Assembly: GCA_963733035.1 (NCBI GenBank)
Contig: CAVTBU010000005.1
Coordinates: 2,176,001-2,240,000 of the forward strand
Reading direction: 5' to 3'
Length of the DNA: 64,000 nt
Source: Pirellulales bacterium
Lineage (GTDB): Bacteria > Planctomycetota > Planctomycetia > Pirellulales > PALSA-1355
The stretch's first letter is position 1. Each line of letters starts with the position of its first letter. Of the stretch, positions 30,720 to 40,682 are shown in pieces. Below the pieces are notes generated by a model. That model did not search any database. It was given only the letters and a program-made list of their open reading frames with translations, and was not told where the DNA came from. The position numbers were made by a program, and so were the translations under genes.

Positions 30720-31274
30720 CTAGGCCCGGACGCTCCGCAAACCCGGCAGGCCGTCGATGCTGCGGCCGTTATGCTCAAGCTTGTACGCTTCGAGTTTCTC
30801 AGGACCGTTGGTTTCAGCATATTTTGTCAGTTGCGTCCGCTGTCCGACATACTCGTAAAGCGGCACGCCGAATCCGCACGACTCTGCAATTCGCTCCAGG
30901 TCGACGACCACGATGCTGCGCGTTCCGGGCAAGCGAGGGAAACTGGCGGCGAATTGCTCCCACTCCGCGTCTTGCGGCTCAACCACGCGCCCACGGCCAT
31001 AGAGCCGCACGATCTGCGGGACCCCGGTGAACGTGCAAAACATGATCACGATCCGGCCGTTCTCGCGCAAGTGGGCGGCCGTTTCAATCCCGCTGCCAAT
31101 CAGATCCAGATAGCCGACCGTTTTTTCGTCGAGCACGCGAAACGACTCCAGCCCCTTGGGCGAAAGGTTCACGTGCCCCTCGGCCGCCAATGGTGCTGTG
31201 GCCACGAAGAACATTTGCTGCCGGGCGATCGATTCCCGCAGCTTGTCGTTGAGCTGGGCGAACACGTTTCCCAC
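30720..31274 (-). CDS. Pyridoxamine 5'-phosphate oxidase-family FMN-binding protein
   Basis: FFVATAP, NLSPKG, GSGIETAAH, SCGFGVP; AAGGAG SD before GTG. Confidence 0.88.
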   Translation of the reverse strand: MGNVFAQLNDKLRESIARQQMFFVATAPLAAEGHVNLSPKGLESFRVLDEKTVGYLDLIGSGIETAAHLRENGRIVIMFCTFTGVPQIVRLYGRGRVVEPQDAEWEQFAASFPRLPGTRSIVVVDLERIAESCGFGVPLYEYVGQRTQLTKYAETNGPEKLEAYKLEHNGRSIDGLPGLRSVRA

Positions 31275-31696
31275 GGTAGGTCTCCTTCGCGGAAGCGACT
31301 CTCGATCGTAGGTCGGGAACACTTTGCCAGAGTCGATCGGAGCCGCGTAGGTTCGCGCGGAAACTACCCGCGACCACCTTCGCAGCAGGTTTCGCAGATC
31401 GTGTGGCACGCGGAGCACTGCAGCTTGCCGCGGATTTCGATCAAGTGGCCGCCGCAGACAGGGCAGGCCGCGCGGCAGTTTGTCGAACGTTCGTGAGCCG
31501 ATTCGGCCGAACCCGAGTCTTTTCCATCCATCAGAACACTCCGGTTGATTGCGGTTCGATCTCAGCATCCTAAACAACCGCTGCCGCAGATGTAAACGTT
31601 GCCAACTTTTCCACGACGAGTTCCATTCTCTGTCCTCTGCTCCACCCGGCGACTTCCATCCTTGCGCGGCGGGTGGCCGTCGCCTAGAATTGTCTC

Positions 31697-33305
31697 ATGC
31701 CGATTCGCCTGTCCAACATTCGCATGAGCATTGACGAGTCCGAAGGGGCGCTGCCGCTACGAGCAGCGGCGGCCCTGGATGTTCGCCCGGATGACATCGC
31801 GCGGTGGAGAATCCTGCGCAAAAGCCTGGACGCCCGCAACAAGTCGCAGATCGAATACGTTTACTCCCTTGAGATATGCGTCGGCGATGGTGCCGACGAA
31901 ATGCATTTCGTAGACCAGGCGAGCAGCCACTCGCACGGCATCGCGGCCGAACTCTATCGAGCCGCCGAGTTCGAAATGCCCCACCCCGGCACCGAGCCGC
32001 TCGGAGAGCGGCCGGTTATCGTCGGTTCTGGGCCGGCCGGCGTGTTCGCGGCGTATTTCCTGGCCGAACAGGGTTATCGGCCCCTGGTGCTGGAACGCGG
32101 CAAACCGGTGCGCGAGCGGATTCGCGACATGCACGCCTTCGATGCCGGCGGACCTCACAACCCCGAGAGCAACTACCTGTTTGGCGAAGGGGGCGCCGGC
32201 ACGTTCAGCGACGGCAAGCTCACTTGCCGCTCGAGCGGACCGGACGTCGAGCGTGTACTCGAAATTTTCGCCGAGTGCAAAGGCAAGCCGTCCATCCTCT
32301 ACGATCACCGCCCGCACCTGGGGAGCAACCGGCTGCCGGCGGTGGTTAAGGCGATTCGCGAACGGATCATCGCCCTGGGAGGCGAGTTTCGTTTCGATTG
32401 CCGCGTCGAAGATCTCGACCTGGCCGACGGCTCCCTCCGCGGGCTGCTGACCTCCTCCGGCCGCATCGACACCACGCTCGCCGTGCTGGCCATCGGCCAC
32501 AGCGCCCGCGATACCTACGAGATGCTGTTTCGCCACGGGCTGCCGATGGTGCAAAAGCCGTTTCAGCTCGGTCTGCGAATCGAGCAGCCGCAGCAGCAGG
32601 TCAATCGCGCCCAGTACGGCGCCGCGCGGCTGGAAGAAAAGCTCGGCTCGGCCGATTACTCGCTGGTGGCCAAGGGCAAGCACAACGTGTTTTCGTTTTG
32701 CATGTGCGCCGGCGGCTACGTCATGCCCAGCGTCTCGGAGCCGGGCTACTTCTGCACCAACGGCATGAGCCTCTCCAAACGCGACTCCCCCTACGCCAAC
32801 AGCGGCCTGATGGTGACCCTGGAGCCCGAGCACTTCGGCTCCACCCACGTGCTGGCCGGCATGCAGTTGCAGCGCCTGTACGAACACCGCGCCTACGAAG
32901 CGGGCCGCGACTACGAGTGCCCGATCCAACGCGCCGACGACTTCATTTCGCGCCGCGCGACCAAGGGCTCACCCAAGTCGAGCTACCCGCGGGATGTCAT
33001 TGCGACGGAACTCGACGGTCTGGTGCCGCCGCTGGTGGCGCAAGCTATTCGCCGGGCACTGCCGATATTGGACGAGCGTTGGCGGGGTTTGTTCCTGCGC
33101 GATGCGACGCTAGTCGGCCCCGAAGCCCGGGGCAGTGCCCCGGTCCGCTTCGAGCGCGACGTGCAAACCCTGGAGAGCCCCGGCGTCCGCGGCCTCTACC
33201 CCATCGGCGAAGGAGCCGGCTACGCCGGCGGCATCGTGAGCGCGGCGCTGGATGGACTGCGCAGCGAAATCGATCATCGCCCGGTTTGCGCCGCTGGAGC
33301 GGTAA
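31697..33305 (+). CDS. Uncharacterised FAD-dependent dehydrogenase; apparent frameshift near 33266 (as-read ORF ends 33364)
   Basis: GSGPAG, GEGGAGTFSDGKL, FCMCAGG, GEGAGYAGGIVSAA; shifted frame gives KSIIARFAPLER*. Confidence 0.9.
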
Positions 33306-33369
33306 GGCTGCGGGCATCGCCTAAAAGCCCCGGAGCGGCTAAACACCGTGCGGCAGTTTTTTGACAGTG

Positions 33370-33971
33370 TCTCTGCACCTTCGCGTGCTCCGCATTGAAA
33401 CCCTCTTTACCCTCTGTGTGTTCTGTGGCGATTCGAAAACTTTCCTTGAAATCAAGCCACCCTTTCCCGCAAAATGCCTCTCGGTCTGGCGGACAGGCTT
33501 GGATCACGCGGAGTGTAGCATTCCGCAACGCGGGGAGGTCTTGGCCCCGTGCTTGGGGCGCTCTTGCCTGGCGATGGGTACCAGTCGCTCGGCAAAAAGC
33601 GTCTCGTTGATTCACGCCGCTCCGATCGTGCTGTTGGATTCCGGAATCCCGGCATGTGGGAGTCGCTTCCCCAGGCTTTGTCCGCTCGTGTTTGAGAGGC
33701 TGTCCGGCCGCGTGAGGGGTGGACGTGGCAATGCCGGACGGTGTGGCGTCTCAAATGAGTGACGGGTATCGTCCCGGCTGCATAAGCTGCTCTTTGGTCG
33801 ATGGCCGAGGAGTGATCACGTGTCTAACCAACTTTAAAGACCAATCCCGGCTCGACCAAAGAGCAGCCGCACCAAACTTTTGTGTTGGTTCTGTCTGGCA
33901 ATGCGCGCTCAACTTGCGCGCTTCGTTTGCGCGCTGGAGCAGGGTCGAATTTTAACGCAAAGGTGCAGAGA
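33370..33971. repeat. Apparently non-coding region bounded by 17-bp inverted repeats, with an internal 16-bp inverted repeat and 13-bp-period direct repeats
   Basis: TCTCTGCACCTTCGCGT (33370-33386) vs ACGCAAAGGTGCAGAGA (33955-33971), 16/17 match; GCTGCTCTTTGGTCGA (33786-33801) / TCGACCAAAGAGCAGC (33852-33867); TGCGCGCT at 33902, 33915, 33928. Confidence 0.75.
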
Positions 33972-34066
33972 AGACAAAAAACAAGAGAAGCAGATTGGCC
34001 ACTGACCTTCCCCACGATTCGTGGCGCGCGACAGAACTGGCATAATGCCGGTGAAAGGAGCGTGTC

Positions 34067-34348
34067 ATGGGTCGTCGAGTGTATTCGCGTGAGTTCAAGG
34101 TGTCGGCGGTCAAGTTGGTGAACCAGCAGGGCTATACGGTCGTGGAGGCGGCCAAGAGCCTGGGCGTGGACGCCGCCTCGATCCGCAATTGGCTGAAGAA
34201 GTTCGGGCCGGAAGTGGGCGTCAGCGCGAGCGGTGACTCGGCTTTGCGGGCGGAACTGCGGCGGCTGCGGGAGGAGAACAAGCGGCTCCTCATGGAGCGT
34301 GAGATTTTAAAAAAAGCGACGGCCTTCTTCGCCAAGCACCAGCCCTGA
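34067..34348 (+). CDS. IS3 transposase OrfA (HTH)
   Basis: RRVYSREFK...ERE ILKKATAFF; A7G slippery site at 34309-34316. Confidence 0.93.
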   Translation: MGRRVYSREFKVSAVKLVNQQGYTVVEAAKSLGVDAASIRNWLKKFGPEVGVSASGDSALRAELRRLREENKRLLMEREILKKATAFFAKHQP

Positions 34349-34371
34349 GATTCGCGTTCATCAAGGATCAC

Positions 34372-35352
34372 ATGCGGGAGTTTCCGGTGAACGTGATGTG
34401 CCGAGTTTTGCAGGTAACCAGGAGCGGTTACTACGCCTGGTGGAAGCGTGCGCCGAGCGTAACCGCCGAGCGGCGGGCGAAGCTGACCGACCAGATCCGC
34501 CGCGTGCACGAGCGGAGCCGCGCGGTGTACGGCTCGCCGCGCGTGCATCGCGACCTGATCGCAGAAGACGTTCGCTGCTCGAAGAACACGGTGGCCAAGC
34601 TGATGCGTGCCGCCGGTCTGCGTTCGAAAATGCATCGCCGGTTCCGCGTCCGGACGACCGAAAGCCGTCACGCCCATCCGATCGCTCCGAACCGGCTGAA
34701 TCGGGCGTTTTGCCAGCCGCAGCCCGATCGGGCCTGGGCGGCCGACATCACGTACGTCCGCACGGCCGAGGGCTGGCTGTACTTGGCGGTCGTGATCGAC
34801 TTGTGTTCGCGGAAGATCGTGGGCTGGGCCACCAGCGATTCGCTGGCTGCGGACTTGTGCTTGCGGGCGCTGCGGTTGGCGATCGAGCAGCGGCGGCCGC
34901 AGAACGAGGTGTTGCATCACAGCGATCGGGGCGTGCAGTACGCCTGCGACGACTACCAGGGCTTGCTCACGCGGTATGGCCTGCAAGCCAGCATGAGTCG
35001 CCGTGGCAACTGCTACGACAATGCCGTCGCGGAAAGCTTCTTCGGCACGCTGAAGACGGAGCTGGTGTATCACGAACAGTACACGACTCAAGAGGTCGCT
35101 CGACAAAGCCTGTTTGAATACATCGAAGTGTTCTACAATCGTCGTCGGCGTCATTCGTCGCTGGGGCACTTGAGCCCGGTGGAGTACGAAGAAAGCCTCG
35201 CCAGCGGCGCCCCAGCCTTCCGGCGGACTCTGGCAGATACCGCTCTCCAAGCATCATCCGCCCACGAGCACCGCGACCGCGCAAGACCCGCGAAGGGTCT
35301 CGCGGGTCGCCAACCCAATACCCCAAACTCAAACCCAATGTCCAACAAATAA
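34372..35352 (+). CDS. IS3 transposase OrfB (DDE/rve), joined to OrfA by -1 frameshift
   Basis: YGSPRV, WAADITY, HHSDRGVQY, CYDNAVAESFF. Confidence 0.95.
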   Translation: MREFPVNVMCRVLQVTRSGYYAWWKRAPSVTAERRAKLTDQIRRVHERSRAVYGSPRVHRDLIAEDVRCSKNTVAKLMRAAGLRSKMHRRFRVRTTESRHAHPIAPNRLNRAFCQPQPDRAWAADITYVRTAEGWLYLAVVIDLCSRKIVGWATSDSLAADLCLRALRLAIEQRRPQNEVLHHSDRGVQYACDDYQGLLTRYGLQASMSRRGNCYDNAVAESFFGTLKTELVYHEQYTTQEVARQSLFEYIEVFYNRRRRHSSLGHLSPVEYEESLASGAPAFRRTLADTALQASSAHEHRDRARPAKGLAGRQPNTPNSNPMSNK

Positions 35353-35477
35353 CCCCACAGCGCGCCCACCAAACGTGGGTAGGTTCACCACATCGTATCT
35401 CGATCTTGCGCGGCTTTTTTCAGCCGCACACCCAGGCCGACTACGCGCCGCTGGACATCTAACACGGCCTAATTGCG

Positions 35478-36101
35478 TTATTGACCGACTACAGGAACTT
35501 CTGCAAGCTGGAGAAATGATACCCAGACTTCGCGCGTCTCGTCCGTGATGCCGCAGGGAACAATCTGTCGAAGCCAAGAGAGCCAGCGACTGCGATTCGA
35601 ACATTGCAATAGAACGACCTTCCGGCGAAGAAAGATCTTCGAAAACCCAGTCGCCTTCCGGATCGTACCTACCTGCCATTGGCAGTCACTGAGGTCGTAA
35701 GTGAACGACGACGCACTGCGTCTACCTATGGTTAGCTTCCCATCCTCGAGCGCAACGATGCAGCGACACATTTTTGAATTGACATAGATGCCGCCGACTC
35801 TTAGCAAGAACACAACGAAACACACCGCAAGCCCAAATAGCGCCCCCACCCAGGCATCTTTGGAGGTCCAGACAATGACGCCCACAACAATCAGAGATAG
35901 GAAGGCAAACGCGAATAGTTGATCACGAATGAGCTCCCTCGGACTCAGTGTCACGGATTCCCGAAGAACAGATGACTCGCTGGCATACCGCTGCAGCAAG
36001 GGTGACGCACCGGCCACGCAGGATTGGCAGTAATCTTTGCCATCCCAAAGGCGAATCGCCAAGTCGTCGGCAAGCTGGTGATAGCACTTCGAGCAATACA
36101 C
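35478..36101 (-). CDS. Hypothetical membrane protein with N-terminal CxxC...CxxC motif
   Basis: CSKC and CQSC, two TM segments; visibly more AT-rich than flanks. Confidence 0.65.
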   Translation of the reverse strand: MYCSKCYHQLADDLAIRLWDGKDYCQSCVAGASPLLQRYASESSVLRESVTLSPRELIRDQLFAFAFLSLIVVGVIVWTSKDAWVGALFGLAVCFVVFLLRVGGIYVNSKMCRCIVALEDGKLTIGRRSASSFTYDLSDCQWQVGTIRKATGFSKIFLRRKVVLLQCSNRSRWLSWLRQIVPCGITDETREVWVSFLQLAEVPVVGQ

Positions 36102-36287
36102 TTGCCTGCCTCCGACGGCGCAGTGCCCCGTAAATCCTGCCTAGCGAGAGATCGATTTCGCATCTACTCGTATTTTACCGCCGCAACTCACGACATGCAG
36201 GCATCCGAAGGCAGTAGAAACGAGGGTCTGCACCGACCCCGGGGTTCCGACGCGGAGGGCGACGCCTGGCGAAATGCACCGAAGTCG

Positions 36288-36545
36288 CTACGCGCTCGCC
36301 CGCAAGGGGTCGTAGACTTCAACGCGGTTGACGACCGCCTGCACCCCTTCGACGCGGGCGACGATGGCCTCGGCGAACTCTTTGAGCTGGCCATGGGGCA
36401 CGCGGCCGATGAGCGTCAGCACTCCCGCATCGACCTGGCAGCGCAGGGCTCGCAGGAAGTAATAGGGGCTTTCGCGGAGGCGCCGTTCAGCGGCCTGGCC
36501 GATGGCCGTGGCGTCGCAATTAGTTTGTAGAGAAAGTATGGTCAT
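36288..36545 (-). CDS. BON-domain protein
   Basis: GVLTLIGRV...VEGVQAVVNRVEV. Confidence 0.85.
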   Translation of the reverse strand: MTILSLQTNCDATAIGQAAERRLRESPYYFLRALRCQVDAGVLTLIGRVPHGQLKEFAEAIVARVEGVQAVVNRVEVYDPLRASA

Positions 36546-36682
36546 CGTGGGCGGCCCTCGGTTAGATTTGCCCGAGGTACCAGCGGCCCGGGGGAAACGT
36601 ATTTCAACCTCTATCGACCGTTGCGTGCGGAAAGTTAACTGCGCCTTTGGCCCGCGACAAGCGCGACTGCGAGTTTCGTACC

Positions 36683-37822
36683 ATGAAAAACTACCCGGCG
36701 ATCGTATTGGGCGTGGGGGGCGTTGGCAGTGCCGCGCTCTACCACTTGGCACGCCGCGGCGTTGCAGCGCTGGGCATTGAGCAATTCGACCTGGGGCACG
36801 ATCGCGGCAGTTCACACGGACAGACCCGGCTGATCCGACAAACCTATTTTGAGCATCCCGACTACGTTCCGCTGGTGCGAAGAGCATTCGATGGTTGGCG
36901 TGCGCTACAGGATGCCGTCGGTGAGCGGCTGTATCACGAGGTGGGGCTCTTGCAGATCGGGCCGCCAGAGGGGGAAGTGATGCGGGGCGTGCGGCAAAGC
37001 GCCCGGCAACACGACGTGCCGATCGAGAATCTATCTGCCGGTGAGACCGAACGCCGCTTCCCGGGCTTGCGCGTTCCCGAGGATTGTGACGCGGTGTACG
37101 AAACGCAGGCTGGCTACCTGCGGGTTGAACGGTGCGTGCTGGCGCATGCCAACGAGGCCGTGCGGCTAGGCGCCCAGTTACATACCGGTGAAACCGTGCG
37201 GGCCTGGCGTGCCGAGGGTTCGGGCGCGGTCATCGAGACCGATCGCGATCACTACGCCGCCGATCGTCTGATCGTTACGGCAGGTGCGTGGTCGGCGGCG
37301 CTATTGGCCGATCTGGGCGTTCCGCTGGAAATTCGCCGCAAGCCGTTGTATTGGTTTGGCACTGGCAGTGACGTGTATCGCGCCGAACAGGGCTTTCCGG
37401 GCTTTCTGTATGACTTGCCCGAGGGCTGCTTTTACGGTTTTCCGCAGATTGACTCGGCGGGCATCAAGGTAGCCGAGCATAGTGGCGGCCGCGTGGTTGC
37501 CGATCCGCTGTCGGTCGATCGCGAAGTGGATGCGGAAGACCAGGCCCGGGTGGCAGGTTTCGTCAAGCGGCACCTCGTGCAGGCGACGACTGAGTGCCTG
37601 GGCCACGCGGTTTGCATGTACACGATGAGCCCTGACGGCCATTTTCTGGTCGACGTTCACCCGCGTCATCCGCAAGTAGCGCTGGCGGCCGGGCTTTCCG
37701 GGCATGGATTCAAATTCGTGGGCGTGTTGGGGGAGGAGCTCGCCCGGCTGGCGTGCGAGGGCCAGGTCGACGCGAAGGCGAAATTCCTCGGTCTCGGCCG
37801 TGAAAGTCTCCACCGGGTGTGA
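36683..37822 (+). CDS. solA: N-methyl-L-tryptophan oxidase / sarcosine oxidase family flavoprotein
   Basis: GVGGVG, GSSHGQTRLIR, CMYTMSPD, SGHGFKF. Confidence 0.88.
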   Translation: MKNYPAIVLGVGGVGSAALYHLARRGVAALGIEQFDLGHDRGSSHGQTRLIRQTYFEHPDYVPLVRRAFDGWRALQDAVGERLYHEVGLLQIGPPEGEVMRGVRQSARQHDVPIENLSAGETERRFPGLRVPEDCDAVYETQAGYLRVERCVLAHANEAVRLGAQLHTGETVRAWRAEGSGAVIETDRDHYAADRLIVTAGAWSAALLADLGVPLEIRRKPLYWFGTGSDVYRAEQGFPGFLYDLPEGCFYGFPQIDSAGIKVAEHSGGRVVADPLSVDREVDAEDQARVAGFVKRHLVQATTECLGHAVCMYTMSPDGHFLVDVHPRHPQVALAAGLSGHGFKFVGVLGEELARLACEGQVDAKAKFLGLGRESLHRV

Positions 37823-37900
37823 TAGGGTAACAGGATTACGGTAAGCATTTCCCCGGCCCAGCCGGGTTTTGGTCCTTCGAATAGCCCGGAGCCGCACAGC

Positions 37901-39220
37901 ATGTCGTACCTCACCGATCGTCGTCGTTTCTTGAAGACCACGGCCCTGACGGGCGTGGGCGTGTTTGTGTCGGGTACGGCCGCAGCCGAAAGCACCTCGC
38001 CGAACGAAAAACTCCGTTTTGGCTGCATCGGCGTCGGTGGCAAGGGACGTAGCGATTCGGCCGACGCGCGGCGTGGTGGTGACGTCGTGGCCATTTGCGA
38101 CGTTGACGATCAAACCCTGGCAACCGCCGGCAACAAGACATTTCCAAAGGCAACACGATTTAACGACTTCCGCAAGATGCTCGACGAGATGGAAGGCAAG
38201 ATCGACGCCGTGACGGTGAGCATTCCCGATCATATGCACGCGGCGGCCACGGCCATGGCCATGCGCAAGGGAATGGCCTGCTACACGCAAAAGCCGCTTA
38301 CCCGCACCATCTACGAAGCCAGGCGATTGGGCGACATTGCCCGCGAAACCAAAGTCGCCACGCAGATGGGCAACCAGGGAACGAGCTTTCCTGGCTTGCG
38401 CAAGACCGTCGCGGCACTTCGAGCGGGCGTGATCGGCGACGTGCAAGAAGTCCATGTTTGGACGAATCGCCCCCACTGGGCCTGTGGTTGTCCGCGGCCG
38501 GCCGAAGCGCCGATTCCCGAGAACGTGCATTGGGATCTGTGGCTGGGCACGGCGCCCGAGCGTCCTTATGCACCGGGCTATCACCCGAACTCGTGGCGCG
38601 GCTGGTGGGATTTTGGCTCCGGCGCCCTGGGCGATATGGCCTGCCACACTGTGAACATGCCCTACATGGCCCTCGAGCTGCGCGATCCGACGAGCGTGCA
38701 AGCCACCACGTCGGGGCACAACCGCGACAGCTTCCCCAAGTGGTCGATCATCAACTTCGAGTTCCCCGCCAACGACAAGCGCCCCGGCGTGAAGATGACC
38801 TGGTACGACGGAGGTCAGAAGCCCGCAGCCGATCTATTCGGCCGCGAGCCAATGACCCAGACCGGCGTGCTCATGATTGGCGAAAAAGGGAAGCTGTTCG
38901 CCAAGGGCGACTACTGCGAATTCGGTTACGTGTTGATCGACTGCGACGACGTCAAGCTCGAGTACCCGAGAGTGATTAATCACTTCTCGGAGTTCATCAA
39001 GGCGATCAAGGGCGGCCCGGTCGCGACGTCAAACTTCCCCAACTACTCCGGGCCGCTCACCGAAACGATCTTGCTGGGCAATCTGGCAGTGTGGGCCGCC
39101 CCCGACCCGGAATCGCCCGGCAAAAAGGTCGAGTGGGACGCTCGGAACATGGTGGCCACCAATGCCCCGGAATTGTCGGGCGTGATTAAGCCGCAATATC
39201 GGACGGGCTACGAGCTGTAA
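37901..39220 (+). CDS. Tat-exported Gfo/Idh/MocA oxidoreductase
   Basis: DRRRFLK Tat motif, GVGGKG, QKPL, GALGDMACH. Confidence 0.92.
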   Translation: MSYLTDRRRFLKTTALTGVGVFVSGTAAAESTSPNEKLRFGCIGVGGKGRSDSADARRGGDVVAICDVDDQTLATAGNKTFPKATRFNDFRKMLDEMEGKIDAVTVSIPDHMHAAATAMAMRKGMACYTQKPLTRTIYEARRLGDIARETKVATQMGNQGTSFPGLRKTVAALRAGVIGDVQEVHVWTNRPHWACGCPRPAEAPIPENVHWDLWLGTAPERPYAPGYHPNSWRGWWDFGSGALGDMACHTVNMPYMALELRDPTSVQATTSGHNRDSFPKWSIINFEFPANDKRPGVKMTWYDGGQKPAADLFGREPMTQTGVLMIGEKGKLFAKGDYCEFGYVLIDCDDVKLEYPRVINHFSEFIKAIKGGPVATSNFPNYSGPLTETILLGNLAVWAAPDPESPGKKVEWDARNMVATNAPELSGVIKPQYRTGYEL

Positions 39221-39276
39221 TGCCGCAACATTCGGCGACGTGGGACACTTTGTCGCCAGAAACGCGGCCGGATATT

Positions 39277-39305
39277 TTGACACTTCTACCCAGACTGAAC
39301 ATACT
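39277..39305 (+). promoter_or_regulatory. Sigma70 promoter
   Basis: TTGACA-N17-CATACT. Confidence 0.6.
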
Positions 39306-39400
39306 TGGTAGAGTGAGCAGATTTCCCATTGTCCGAGGTACCGGTCGGCCGTTTTGGCAGGCGGTCGCGGGTGCCTGTCTGGCCCGGCGAAGTGTTTGAT

Positions 39401-40555
39401 ATGCACCTTTTCCTGCGTCTTACGGGTTTGGCCGCACTTGTGGTTTTCATCGTTGCGGGCAGTCAGTCCGCGCGGTTGTTGGCTCAGGAGCAGGTCGAAG
39501 ATACCGTCGTTGCCGATGACGGCGACTCCCGACCTCTGTTCGAGCGTCTGGAGGCAAAATCCGAGCCAGCCGTCGAAGCGGATGTTGCTGGCGACGCCGA
39601 ACCGGAAAAAGGCATTCGGCCACGGGCTAAGAATCGCTTTGCGGTGCCCGACCCAGCGCTCGAACTGACCGATCCTCGTGACTACCAATTGAAGATTGGA
39701 ATTCGCATTACGGCCACCGAGAGCGCCGTGAAAAACATCGCGGCCACGGTCCCCATTCCGATGGAATGGCCCGAACAGCACATCCGCCTGGTCAGCAAGA
39801 AAATGAGTCCACACGGGCGGACGAGCGAACACGTAAAGCCCGGTCAGGCAGCATATTTGAAGTTCCAGGTGGCGCAAATTCCCAAGGGCGAATCGGCGTT
39901 TGTCGAGTTGCTCTACGACGTCAGGCGCTACCGCGAGAAGTTCAAGCTGCCGCCCGACGAACTCAATTTGCCGCGCAATATACCGCCTGAGCTGCGCGAC
40001 CAGCTAAGCGGCACGTCGCCAGGGATGGAAATCCAGAATCAAAAGATGATCGACCTGGCCAACATGCTTACCGGCACCAGCCGCGACGAAGGCGCCTGGC
40101 AGACAGCCAAGTCGTTTTGGAGCTGGACGCGAGACAACGTAAAGTTCGAAAACGGCGACTTCCGTGGCGCAATGCATGCCATCGAACAGCGCTGCGGCGA
40201 CTGCGAGGAAATGAGCGCGCTGTTCGTCGGCTTGTGCCGGCTCTCAAACATTCCCGCCCGTACCGTGTGGGTTCATTCCCACGACTATCCGGAGTTCTAT
40301 CTCGTCGATAAGCAAGGGAAGGGACATTGGATTCCCGTGCAGGTGCTGGGACCTGCCTGGTTCGGCGAAATGGCCGAATATCGCCCGATTCTGCAAAAGG
40401 GCGACCGATTCTTTGATCCGTTGAAGAAGGAATACGTTCGCTACGTGCCGCAAACGGTGCGGGGCACCGACGCCAAGAGCCTGCCGCACGTGGAGTTCAC
40501 GCACGAAATCATCGCCGACTCCGATATCAACGGACCCGGCTATGGCACGCAGTGA
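39401..40555 (+). CDS. Secreted transglutaminase-like domain protein
   Basis: Signal peptide; GDCEEMSALFVGLCR..IPAR, HDYPEFY. Confidence 0.85.
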   Translation: MHLFLRLTGLAALVVFIVAGSQSARLLAQEQVEDTVVADDGDSRPLFERLEAKSEPAVEADVAGDAEPEKGIRPRAKNRFAVPDPALELTDPRDYQLKIGIRITATESAVKNIAATVPIPMEWPEQHIRLVSKKMSPHGRTSEHVKPGQAAYLKFQVAQIPKGESAFVELLYDVRRYREKFKLPPDELNLPRNIPPELRDQLSGTSPGMEIQNQKMIDLANMLTGTSRDEGAWQTAKSFWSWTRDNVKFENGDFRGAMHAIEQRCGDCEEMSALFVGLCRLSNIPARTVWVHSHDYPEFYLVDKQGKGHWIPVQVLGPAWFGEMAEYRPILQKGDRFFDPLKKEYVRYVPQTVRGTDAKSLPHVEFTHEIIADSDINGPGYGTQ

Positions 40556-40682
40556 GTTGGCAAGTAAGGCCGGTAGCTTCGCCCCCTTGCTGGTTCGATA
40601 AGCGAACACGCTTCAGTTAGGTCTCTTTAGGCCCATGATCATTCCACTTAGACCCAATCGAGTCGATCACGCTCACGTGAAC

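Larger units (their letters stand above)
34003..35387 (+). mobile_element. Complete IS3-family insertion sequence
   Basis: TG...CA ends, imperfect terminal IRs (17/22 match), 4-bp target duplication CCAC at 33999-34002 and 35388-35391. Confidence 0.93.

Noticed and set aside
33902..33935. CRISPR-like array
   Set aside because: 8-bp repeats with 5-bp spacers are far too short, and there are no cas genes.
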